NCBI RefSeq assembly: GCF_009914755.1
Contig: NC_060929.1
Length of the DNA: 64,000 nt
From: the human T2T-CHM13v2.0 reference genome, Homo sapiens
Direction: 5' to 3' (one strand)
Shown here: piece by piece, positions 27,291 through 38,900 of the stretch
Layout: the number at the start of each line of letters is the position of its first letter
How positions within the stretch are numbered: position 1 is the first letter of the stretch
Translations under genes and position numbers: made by a program
The notes under the pieces: model-generated
Databases searched by the model: none
Told to the model about the DNA's origin: nothing
The model's input: the letters and a program-made list of their open reading frames with translations, nothing else

Positions 27291-30200
27291 CACTATTGTT
27301 CTAATATATTAGTGGCCTGAATGAAGCAGAACAGTTTGATGATTGCCTTGGCAGTCAAAGAATTTTCTAATTGTCCTGGTATTTGCCTGCATGTGGTCTT
27401 TAGCACTGATATGTTCACATCAAATATCACAGAAGACTACAAATTTAAAAGCATGCTTACAATATCAGTGGAAATGAATTAACAATCCAAATATGCTATT
27501 GGTTTTACTGTGTATTTATTAACAATTACTTTGTAGTCAAGACACAATAATTTCTTTTTAAGGATGTTTACTTTTCTAGTTAGTAAATGTACGGGATGGT
27601 TTTCACTAAAACATAAGTCAGCCAGCTGTTTGTTTGGGTTCTTAAACTGAATGGTAAAAATACAAGCAGCTTTTTCTCAAAGTACTCCACTTTAAACAAG
27701 GGAATCTGTTCCATATTTAAATGATTTAATTTTCTTTTTCTAAAAAAAAAAAGTTTAAATTTTTCATATAATAAGAACATCTCCTCTTCAGAACTTTCAT
27801 TTCAAATGGCATATGGTTCTCCCTCACCCATCTGATGCCCCAGGGATGCCAAGGCACTTAGGAGACCCAAGAGAGTGTGTAATCCGACATGACAGCTGAA
27901 AGAGGGAAGGCTGACAGAGGCATCAGAACAGGTACCAGGGAGGGAGAAGCATCATTCTGGAATCTGAGGGTTTACCCTTTTACTTTCTTCCAAGTTCACC
28001 AAAATGCTGCAATTTACATCTCCTTGAGAAGACAGCATCACTGACCCAAAGGTTTCACTCAGAAATGGGCTGGACCCACCAAGACAAGCAGCTTTGTGTA
28101 CCTTAAACTTCACTAAAGCAGACAGACTGGTCAGCGTTTCTGCACTTCAGTCTCCTAAGTTCTCCATAACCCAGTGTAAGCTCCAGCTGGCTTTGTAGTC
28201 AGCTTCCCTTTCCTCTATATGGTGCATTTATGAGTTCGGCTGTGGGCCCTGTTAATTTCCCTCCACAGCCTTTCTTCTCTTCCTAACACATGCATACTTG
28301 AGCCCGCTCTGGAGTGCTGACTAAGGAGGAACAATAGGAGGCTTTGAGCAGGGCTCAAGCCCCAGACCCAGTCAATATTTACTTCAGTTTGGAGGCACTG
28401 TTTTAAAGCTCCTTCCAAGCACAACTCAACAGGGGGAGTCCCCAGAGGTTTCTAGATTTTATTTTAACTAGAGGGAAGAGGGGTATGGAGATAAATAGAT
28501 TACTGTCCAAACCACTTTCTCAGAGAAAATAAGAGAGGCTGTTCAACAAAACAGGTTAGATTTTCAATACTAATTAGCAATTTATAACAAGAAAAACCAA
28601 TCGTCTTCCAACACTGATTATTGCAGTCTTAAAACTCCATATTCAGGCTGCAGTGCAAATCTACTTAATGTGACCCATGTATATCTTGTGAGCAGAGTCC
28701 TGATCCTATCAACCACTCAAGAGCTTGCCAATGTTTGCCTACTCTGCCCAGAATGGTAATGCAAGAGCTCTAGGTGAAGTTAACCCAAACTCCACGACTG
28801 AATTTCAAACCAGGTCTTATGTATACTATTAATATGTGATTACAAAATGAAGTTGTGATTACCAAACCCCATGAATTAAGAGTATGCTATGATAAACACT
28901 AGTAAGTATGCCTGTTATCTTTGCAGTAGATTGGAAAGGTTAATCTATGGCTATGAAGGGAGTGACTAGGAAAAAAAAGTCACAAATACTCTCTTCCCAC
29001 CAGTAAAAGAGGCTTACTATGGGACAGCATGTGAGAGGTAAGATGGATAGTTTGTTCTAATACCATATTAGAGCCAATAAAGCTTCCCTGTGGGTTTACA
29101 TTGCCTTCTGTTGACATAAATATAGACAGACCTTCTATATTAAATATGAAACTACTTAACCATAAGGATTTTTGTATTTGCCAGTGGGTTTAAACTTTTT
29201 TTTTAAAGGTCAATTGCCATAGAACTAACCCAAAGTGACAGTTGGGAAATTTTACTAAAATGATTAAGGCTATATAAAATTACTAAAGATTTGTTAGATA
29301 CCTAAGGAAGAAATTCATAGTTGTCTGCCATAACCAACTATAATACTCATTATTCCATTCAAATCATTAAGTAGACTTTGTTCCTTTTGCTTAAAGACTC
29401 AACTGTATATTCCATTCACATTTTGCAACATTTCCATAAGAACAGAGCCAAATGATCTAAAAACTTTAAAAAGAGAAATTGAAGAGAATTTACAACTGTC
29501 CAAAGTTAAAATTCTAGTTTATGACAACCTTAGTACTAAAGAGCATCTTCTGTATTTTAAACATGTAAAATACATTGACATAACTCAGCCTTTCACAAAG
29601 AGAAATAGAGATAATTCAACCCATTCCTCCCTCCAAAAAAAATAATGAGGTAAAAGGTGATGCACCAGGATTAGCCTGTTCAACTGTCTAAATTCATCAC
29701 ATGCACTGGAATCTGTTCAGCTCTAGCCTTTAGTACATTATTTACCATATTAATAAAAGCTGAATAATTAAGCTGCAACTCAATCCAATCATTTCAATAC
29801 CTTAAGGAATTACTGGATAGCTATACACATGCAATCTGATCAATCAACATGCGCTCATGGAAAAAAAAAATGCTGAGTAAGCCTGGCTAAGATGCAGTCT
29901 TTGGCTGATATTCTTTAACTGATGTACAAGAATATAAGGAATTAGTATTTTAATAACACAAAATATCAATAAGTAAGTTATCAAAATTTAAACTTCTTGA
30001 CTACCCTTTTGCCAAGAAAGTAAGCCTGGAGCAAGGGAGTGACTGTAACTAATATCATTCATCAGACATGGAATCCAAGTAACATAAAATTACCAAGCTT
30101 CAAACTTGAAATAAACTCATAGCAAGCTCATTCCCTTGACAAATTTTAACTTCCAATTTAGCAGGAAAAAAGAAACCTGCTTTTGTACAAAATGATATAA

Positions 30201-33200
30201 GAGCAACAAAGGTAAATCTAGCTTTCCTATGAGCACAGCGATTGTAAATATTAAAATGCTGTACTTTTAAGAGAAATCTGTTATGCAGAGTTCACAGTGT
30301 TCTTTCAAATAATTTTGGTATGGCTTATGTTAGACCCAGTATTTTTATTACTAGTGGCCAAGTTCTGCCCACCAACATCACTAAATTTCTGGGTACAGCG
30401 CATAAGGATCATTGATAATTTCCCTTATGAATTACTTTTTCCTGGCATAAATGAGGTTTGTACCTTCAGGAGTAAAACAACATTACAAAATGATTATGTA
30501 AGTATATGATGGAAATTTTTTAACAAGTAACAGGCATATTTGCTATCCATCTAAATAACTATAAACATAGGAAGTAAAATTGGCTTTGAATAACCACCTG
30601 ACAATGCTATAGGAAAGCAGCCCTTTGGCAGTAATGTATTACTCAGGTTTCAATGCATTAAAATATGTGTTCCTTGACAAATCCTGTTTCCTTTCTCAGC
30701 TACATGTTGTTATGATCTATTTATACCTCTAACATCAATGTGTGTATAATATGTACTAAGTTTAAGATAGTCAATAGCAAGAGTTCTCAAGCAGAGCGTC
30801 AAGAGGTTAAACCCTGCTCTTCTGGCAGCAGAATTCAGAAAAATCCAAGGATCCCAGGGACAGCCCAGCTGCCCGTAAGGAGCAGGCCCAGACAGGAATT
30901 GATTTGTTTCAACAAGCTCCTCATTGGAAATACAAGCATTCTCCAAGAGGATGTCGGTATTCATTAATTTCTCCTTTGAGATGGAGATATCTCATTATAA
31001 CTATGAAGTCCAAAGTAGAATATCAGGGTTTTAGAAGTCAAAGAAGAAACAATATAGCAGAGACAAACTGAGAGGAGAAGGGAGGACATTAAAAATAAAC
31101 CTGGCCAATTTTACAAAGGAGATTCAAAATCCCTTTCCCGGGAAGAAGGTCCTGGAAGACTTGCCTCTCAAGAGTCAGTCTTTACACATTATTACTCTTT
31201 TAGAAATCACAAGATAAAACCTAAAATGTAAATTCCTTTAAATAAAACCCAATGTAAATGTACAAATCATCTCTCAGGAACAACATATATTACAAAATGA
31301 TACAATTTGGTCTACCTTTTAAAAATTCAACTCTTCTGTGATGCTTTTAAAATAAGTTTTATTTGTAAGAATGTATTTTCTATGCAACTTACCAGAATAT
31401 ATATAAAGTGAGATTCACAAGAATATATATAAAGTGAGGTTCAAAGTGAGGTAACTCCCCTTAAATCTCTATTTCCCCCCCAATTTATTGAAGTATGATT
31501 GACTTTATTCTTTTTACAAGTTTTATATCAGTTTTTAAAGTCCTGCCACATATACACATTCCTTTAAATTTTCACAAGTCTGAGGGAGATATTTTTATTA
31601 TACCCATTTATTTATTAGGGTGAAGAAACTGAGGCTTAGATTCACCACTATAAATGGCATACTTACAACTCAAATAGAGCTGAAATTTAATTAGCTCTGA
31701 AATAAAACCAAAAAATTTTAACAGACAAGTGACAAATCTAATCTGATATAGGTTTTTTAATATCTTACTTTCTGAGTCCTTGCCTATCCAACACCCAAAC
31801 AAATTTGAAGTTTGATCTGTAATAGTTGCTACTGTAAAAATTCAAAACAAAAAAGTACATAAACACAATGTTTTTACTATACGCAGTTAAATCTGTATAG
31901 GAACATATATTAGTATATGGAAGAACTTGGTTACAACCTATTAATATGATGACAAGTCACTGTTAATAACTTTGAGTTAAATAAAAACAATTTAATGTGC
32001 TTATTTTCTTTTTTTAAAAATGGAGGTGAAAAACAGTATTAAGAACTACTGAGCATCTTCTACTTCATCTAAAACACAAATCTTAGGTATATCAACTCTA
32101 TTTTCAACAAATCCATTCCTATTCCTAAATTTAACAATCTTTGAAGCATATAGCATAGTTCTTTTTTAGGAGCCACTTAAGTTCACACAGAGTCACAGAA
32201 GGTTCTAGCATTTCAGGATCTATGAGAATCATAAAACTGGAAACGCTAAGTGCTTGTCACCCCCAAATTCACTGTTTGAGAACCCTCGTTTACACCACAG
32301 TGAACATAAACATAAACTTACAAAGAAAACAGTACTGTCTTGATTTACTATTCTTAATAATATTCATAGTTATTATGAAATAGTACCCAATGTTCTAATT
32401 AAAGCCATTGAGGATTTAAAAAGAAAAATATTTGCTTCTGTTTTAAAATTAACTATCAAAAATTGTTGGTAAAAATTTCTTTTTAAAATAAAATTATACT
32501 TAAGTGGTCACTGTCCTGTTCATCTGTTTCCTTTCATAAAAATACACCTGACTTAAAGTACAAACCGTTTTATCTCTTTTAAAAATAATCATTCCATAGA
32601 GGTACATTTCAATTAAGTCAGTCTACTTAACTGATGCTTTCAAAGACTTGAAAGTTCATTTAGATTAGTAATATTGTATTTATATACACAGAGTGAAGAT
32701 CAGTAAAAACAAAAAACAAAAAACGCAGAGTAATCTTCTGAATTTAACTAGTTCCATTCCTTACTTGTTAATACAAAGATTTGCTTTGAAAAAGCAAATA
32801 ATACATACGCTGTGAGGAAAGCAGAAGCATATTTGCAGATCTTATATTACCTAGACTCTACAGGAGCAAAAGTTTCTCACTAAGACTACTAGAATCATAG
32901 AACTTTACAGAAAGAACGCATTTTGTCCCAAGTCTTTTATAACTCCATTGAAATTACAGGCTCCTGAAAGCCACCCACAAGAAACCCAGACATTGAAAGT
33001 AGAAAAACTGTTAGTCATCTTTTATGTTAATGTAAAAAGAACATTTGGGGTTAATTTAACCATACGGATTTAAGTTGGAAAGTGTTAAAAATCTGTTTCT
33101 GCGGTGTAATTCTGGCATTGCCACATAAAATACATCTTGGGAGGGTTTGCTTAATATCTTTAGACATTTATGACAGGATCCTCCTTAAACTTTTTGGACC

Positions 33201-33532
33201 AAGGTAGTATTTTTATTCCAGTGGAATTTGTCTACAGAGACCAAATCTTATAATGAAATCCCTGTCCCATTACCTTTGTTAGTGGTGTATTTTCAATGAA
33301 GCATAAACTTCAATGTAAAAATCTGTTTTATTTGTCTGAGTTTTGAAGGAAAGTGGTTAGAAAGGAACATTAGGCATTCTGGGCTTCTTAAATGGCAAAT
33401 AATTTTCCTTCACATAAATACGGAGCCATTTTAGAAACTGCAGAACTCTATGAAAAGTTCAGCGCAAATACAACCAAGAGTCCTTGAAGAAGAGCCAGAA
33501 GTCATCTCTCTCCCACTTAATTTTATCTAGAA

Positions 33533-33702
33533 CCTTGCTGTGCAAACCACGGTTCATGGGCCAGCAGCATCAATGTCATCTGGGAGCTTGTTAGAAATGC
33601 AGACTGTCAGGGCCCTATGTAGCCCAGACCCACTAAATTAAAATCTGCATTTCAACGAAATCTCCAGGTCTGTGTTCACCTTACAGTGTGAGAAACAGTG
33701 AC
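33533..33702. mobile_element. MER5A (hAT-Charlie)
   Basis: ccagcagcatca...ctgggagcttgttagaaatgcaga...aatctgcattt...tgagaaacagtg. Confidence 0.85.
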
Positions 33703-33714
33703 CTAGAAATTACT

Positions 33715-33835
33715 AACCGAATGCTTCATGATGACAGGGATGCTGTATATATGCTGTTTACTGCAGTATCTCCAGTACTGAGAACAGTACCTGGCCCACA
33801 GTGGACACCTGACATAAATATCTGTCAAATAAATC
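33715..33835 (+). mobile_element. L2 3' end
   Basis: cttcatgatgacaggga...gaacagtacctggcccacagt...ataaatatctgtcaaataaat. Confidence 0.7.
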
Positions 33836-35104
33836 TACATGTGCACATTTATGGTACTATTTTATACTCTGTAATATAATTATATGTATAAAATTATTAT
33901 ATCTGCACAATGGTCTTAAGTTCCTTACAGGTACAAATGTTATCTTATCCCTGAATCCACTGTATGTCTCCCAGTGTTCTGCAAATATCACTCAATAGTT
34001 TATCAATGATAACTTTTAGATATTCAATATAGGAATATAGAATTTCTTCAGTGTGAAAACTTTGGAAAAATAAGTTCAAGTCAACATGTAATTGCTGAAT
34101 TCATCTATTTGGCTTTGGTTTTAGATACAGCTAAGAGTGCTCACCCTAGGAATGAAAATAGTAATGGAAAACATTATATAGGACCAAGTTCTGATTCTAT
34201 GTGGTACCAGAGAACAGGGATGGCGTGGATGACTGAAATCCAAAATTGATTCCAAAACTTCATGTTATTCAATAGCTTTAAGGTCTTCCCTTACCAAATC
34301 TTCTATCCAAGCTGCTAAAAGTTTGAGTTTTTTGGGTTTTCCTTTTTTTTTTTTTTTTTTTAGTTTCCTTTTCTTTCTCAAATCTTCCATAGGTCTACAG
34401 GCCCAGAGACAATAAAATGGCTAAAAGCCATCAAAAGAGAAAAATAGCAATAGAGAGATTTACATAATAAATGAAGTGATTAGCTCTCAAATAACCAGAT
34501 GTCAATGAAAAATCTAGAGCTAAGTAAAAAAAAAATAATTTGCAAAAGACGTAATGATAATAGTCAGATATGTTAATATATGTATTGATAACAAGACCAT
34601 GCCAAAATAATATTCAAAATAACGAGATATTCAGACTCACAGATATTGCTGGTTCTCTCAGTTCATATTACAAAGGAAGAACGCTAAAATAGGGAGACCC
34701 TTCCTAACAAAGAACTGCATTTTTTCATTTTAATTAACTAAATTAATAGTCCTTTCTACATTTTTTTTCCTTCAGAGAACAGAGGATGAAGGTAAACCAA
34801 TAGGTATGTCTGACCTTAGGTGTACATATTCTTATGGAATATCGTGTATACATATACCCACCCCCTCAACACACACCACCTCTGTCATGTTGTCTTCCCA
34901 AGAGTATAGTTGACTATGGTGATGTCAAAGTGTGTAATTAGTTTTCATTGTTCCCTTGATAGCTATAGTTCCATACAAGACCCTTTGCTTTTGATGCTGT
35001 AAATGCTATGGAAAAAATACACTAATAACAGGCATTTAATTATGGTTCTAGCAACCACAGTGGGAACACTGCCAGAAAAAGACTGGAACCTCTGAGATGG
35101 CAAA

Positions 35105-35107
<3 letters not shown>

Positions 35108-35157
<50 letters not shown>
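35108..35157. repeat. (AT)25 microsatellite
   Basis: Direct reading; uninterrupted. Confidence 0.97.
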
Positions 35158-35160
<3 letters not shown>

Positions 35161-35956
35161 GCAAGTGGGGGAGGTTCTGTTCTTCAATTACAGTAATTTT
35201 CAAAATATTAATGACAAGCATATGGTGGGAAAATTTTAAAATGTTTCCTTGAATCTTTGTTGACAATAAAGTATGTATACAATGCTACACCCATACTGAA
35301 ACCAAGAAGAACACTATCATGTCTGTAACTAAAATATTAATAAGAATAAAGGAATTGCTTATTAATCAGGGAAATACTCTTTAGAATAGCTTTATATTTT
35401 GATACTATAGGTAAAGAGTACAAAGATTTCATTTCAAATTTTGTTTTTTGCCTGGCTTTTCACAGACTTTAAAAAAATTATCACTTGTGATACAAAATAC
35501 CTGGGTGCTACATTCTCTGATGTTTAATTTGTTTTATACAGTATTTAAAATAAAGTATCCCAAGTTGCTGCAATGGCAGACACCAGATCTATCACTGAGG
35601 TCCCTTCTCTCCTTATTAATTAGTAATTGGGAGACACATTTTGGCAGCTTTCGTTTCCCCATTATTTTCTCTAGTTTGACACAAAACCCTGTCAGAAGCA
35701 CCACTATTTGAACTGTACCCCTCTTAGTGCTGGGTCACTAAATTTTAATAAACGGAGCTCCCGCCAGAAAACTACTGAAATAGGCGTAAAAGTTTATTGA
35801 AGCAGTAACAGTAAACAAATATATGAAGAAAGCACTGAATGCCACAGTATCTAAAACATTAATGGTCTGTCTGAACCCAGGGGTTACTGGCGAGATTGCA
35901 GAGCAGAGGCTAAAAGAAAAGGCCTTTAACAAAACCACTGCTTTCATCTGTCTGTT

Positions 35957-35994
35957 AAAAAAAAAAAAAAGAAGAAGAAGAAGAAGAAAAAAAA
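35957..35994. repeat. A14(GAA)6A6 purine tract
   Basis: Direct reading. Confidence 0.95.
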
Positions 35995-38900
35995 GTATTA
36001 GCTAAATAAAGCAGGCAAACACTTTGCTGCAGCAGAACCATACATCTGAGCTTCCCTTAGCCTCCATTATCCCAACATGTTGAATAAAATTATTGGGAGG
36101 CAAAGATTTATAGCGACTATATGGACAGAGAAGCCATCCGGAAGCCACAAAAGCTCTGTCTGAGCCAAAGAAACATTTTCATAAATGGTAAGGTGAGAAA
36201 CTTAAAATGAAAACTAAAAAGACTGATACTTTGGAGGTCTGCAAATAGCTACAGAATCAGTTTCAAGATCTCCATCTCAAAGTGTCAGTCACTTCAAAAA
36301 CGCATCCTGCTACGATGGTGGCTCAGGACACTTGTGTGCCAGGGCAGTGGCCATGCTGTGCAAGTCAGAGGTCACCGCTTCCACATTCCGACATCTGTCT
36401 GTATTTTCTTGCCCTGAAACAATAGAAGGGGAACTAGGCTCATTTGCTCCCACTTTGTTTAACCTAATTGTTAGACACAAAAGATAATTTCCCATACTTA
36501 GAATTATTTTTTCCTTTTCCCCCCATTCTCATTTGTCTCCATAAAATTAAAAACTATTAAAAATGTAAGCACGTGAAGTTGTCTATACATTATTGAGTTC
36601 AGTAAATGTAACAAAGTTGTATATCCCACTGACATCTACAAAATATAAAACATCAAGTATCATGTCTGTCATCATCACAACCTAGATAACAATTTGCACT
36701 ATAATTATCCAACCTAACTATGCCATAACCTCATTTAATTCAAACCACAACACTGCCTGTTTCATATAAAAATACTTTCATTTACTTTTATAATTTCCAG
36801 GGAAAGAGGCAAGAGCTAATTCTTAATTATAGTTTTTACATATATAAATAATTAATAAATTTTAAAATGGAAACTCTGACAGCTTGGAAACAGCAAGAAA
36901 AAAAACAAAAGGTATTTGTTAGTTCATTTAAAAACAAAAGGTCACTTTGAACATTCAAGTTATTTTAGTCTTCTCACTAGCCAAAGAAAAACAGATGCTA
37001 GATATCAGAGGAAAGTTTTCTGCGCAAAAATGGTCAACTCGTACCTGAACTTTAACCGCGATACATGTATCTGTTATTAAAACATGCATTTATTGCCTTT
37101 ACACTACATCTACAACCACCCAAAATCCTACCTCTAATGAACTGAAGCAGTTTTTCATAAGTGACATAAGTAATATTTCACTGTGCCCAGCTTAATCAGG
37201 CTAAGTCAGGTTACTTTTGAAATTAATCTTACGGAAGCTCTGCTTTTACTGCAGTACATGAGAATAATGTTCCCAGCCATCATCAAACACATGCAGTAGT
37301 AAGCAGTATAGTATAAATTTTTAGTAAAGTTTATTAGGTCACTTGGTTTTCCAAATGTATCCAGAAATACAAAACATGACAGAAAATATAGCAGTCAGTT
37401 GATATACTCTCATAATTTTTAGTAACAAATATGAATTTACTTGTAAAATAATCTATGAGAACCCACAAGAAAGATTTGTTCTAATGTGATAGGAAGAGCC
37501 TATATTTCAGAGACAAAAAGGCTCTGACTTAATATAACGCATCTTAACCCCAACTGCTTCATTTTTAGAGGTACCTATACTCTTATCAGTACCTTTTGCG
37601 GGAGAAAGATTCCGGGTAGACTTGAGTAATTAAAAAAAAAAAAAAAAAGGCAACCAACAAATAAAAAGAACTACTTAGCATAGTCAGAAAAATGAAATCA
37701 GGATTTGAGGGTGGAGGTGACAATAGGGGCTATTAATATATCACTTTGAAGTTAGCCATAAAGTATAAGCTTCGAGAAAAAAATATGTATGGAAACATGG
37801 TACAGCCCAACATTTAACATTAATATATAATATGCCTGGGTTTAAGCATATTATTACTAAGTTAAAACATCCTTTTCTGTCAACTAAATATAAGAAGATA
37901 GCATTTTAGTAAGTTCGCAAATAAGATAGCGCTTTAAATGTAGAGAGCCCTGCCAAAATGATCATAAAGTGGTTTAGTCCTTTTCTATCGTCCATATTCA
38001 TTTCCGAACCAATTTCACGAAAGAAATAAAATCGGTCTTAAAACAAGATGGCTGCTTCTAGGGGGGAAAAAAAACACGCTGATTTAACTGAAAGCCAAAA
38101 AACAAGCTTTTCTAAATCAGGAAATAAGCACTTAATCATATTTTTTCTAATCTCTAAGTAGGTATTCATGTGTTTCCAACATGGTAATCCATATATTATA
38201 CTGCGTGGTTATTTTAAATCATTAATAGCAAAGCGATTTTTAAAACAGGTCTAATCAATGTGTACTAACAACATGATTGTCCAAGGCATATACATATTTG
38301 CTAACATATATGACTGTCCAGAGCATATGCCAAAACTCCCACTTTTAGTTCACACCAGAATCGTGATCATCAGTCATGAAAATCAGGTCACTTGATAAGC
38401 TATAATAGAAAGAATATTTATATCTTATATCTCCTAAGAATCCAATCATAAAACTTGCAGCAATATCCTATTACAATCAAATCAACTGTACTTGACTTTT
38501 TAAAAGTAAAAATCATAGGAACTTTACTGTTAGACGATCTCTCCTTGAGCTACACTTTGCTGACCCTCCCTAAAGCAACTGGAAGATCAATTCTGATATG
38601 CATATAAAAATTAAGAGCATTTTATCCATCTTGAAATAATTTTAAAATAGATTTTTAAAAATCATTCAAACGTATTTTTATTCCTCACTTGAGTGGAAAA
38701 TAAGACCTGACAGTAACATTTTCTTCAACCTGTCAACTGTCAATTGTATGAAGGATGTTTCTAAAGATGACAAAGGTTTATTTTTCCTTATTGAAAATGA
38801 TAGAATTCTACCTGAATGAAAGCTGAGCTAACCATCACTGTGGTACACTACTGTCTCTCAGCAACTAGCTAGCCTAAATAAGAGTTTTCAATATTTTAAA

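Noticed and set aside
31394-31452. Short direct repeats (26-bp duplication here; also ~17434-17457, ~18227-18268, ~38272-38330)
   Set aside because: Two-copy slippage duplications with no spacer array or cas genes, so not CRISPR-like.
35957-35994. A-tract plus GAA repeat as an FXN/FGF14-type pathogenic locus
   Set aside because: Only six GAA units, and the transcribed strand reads TTC. It is of interest here only as a polypyrimidine tract.
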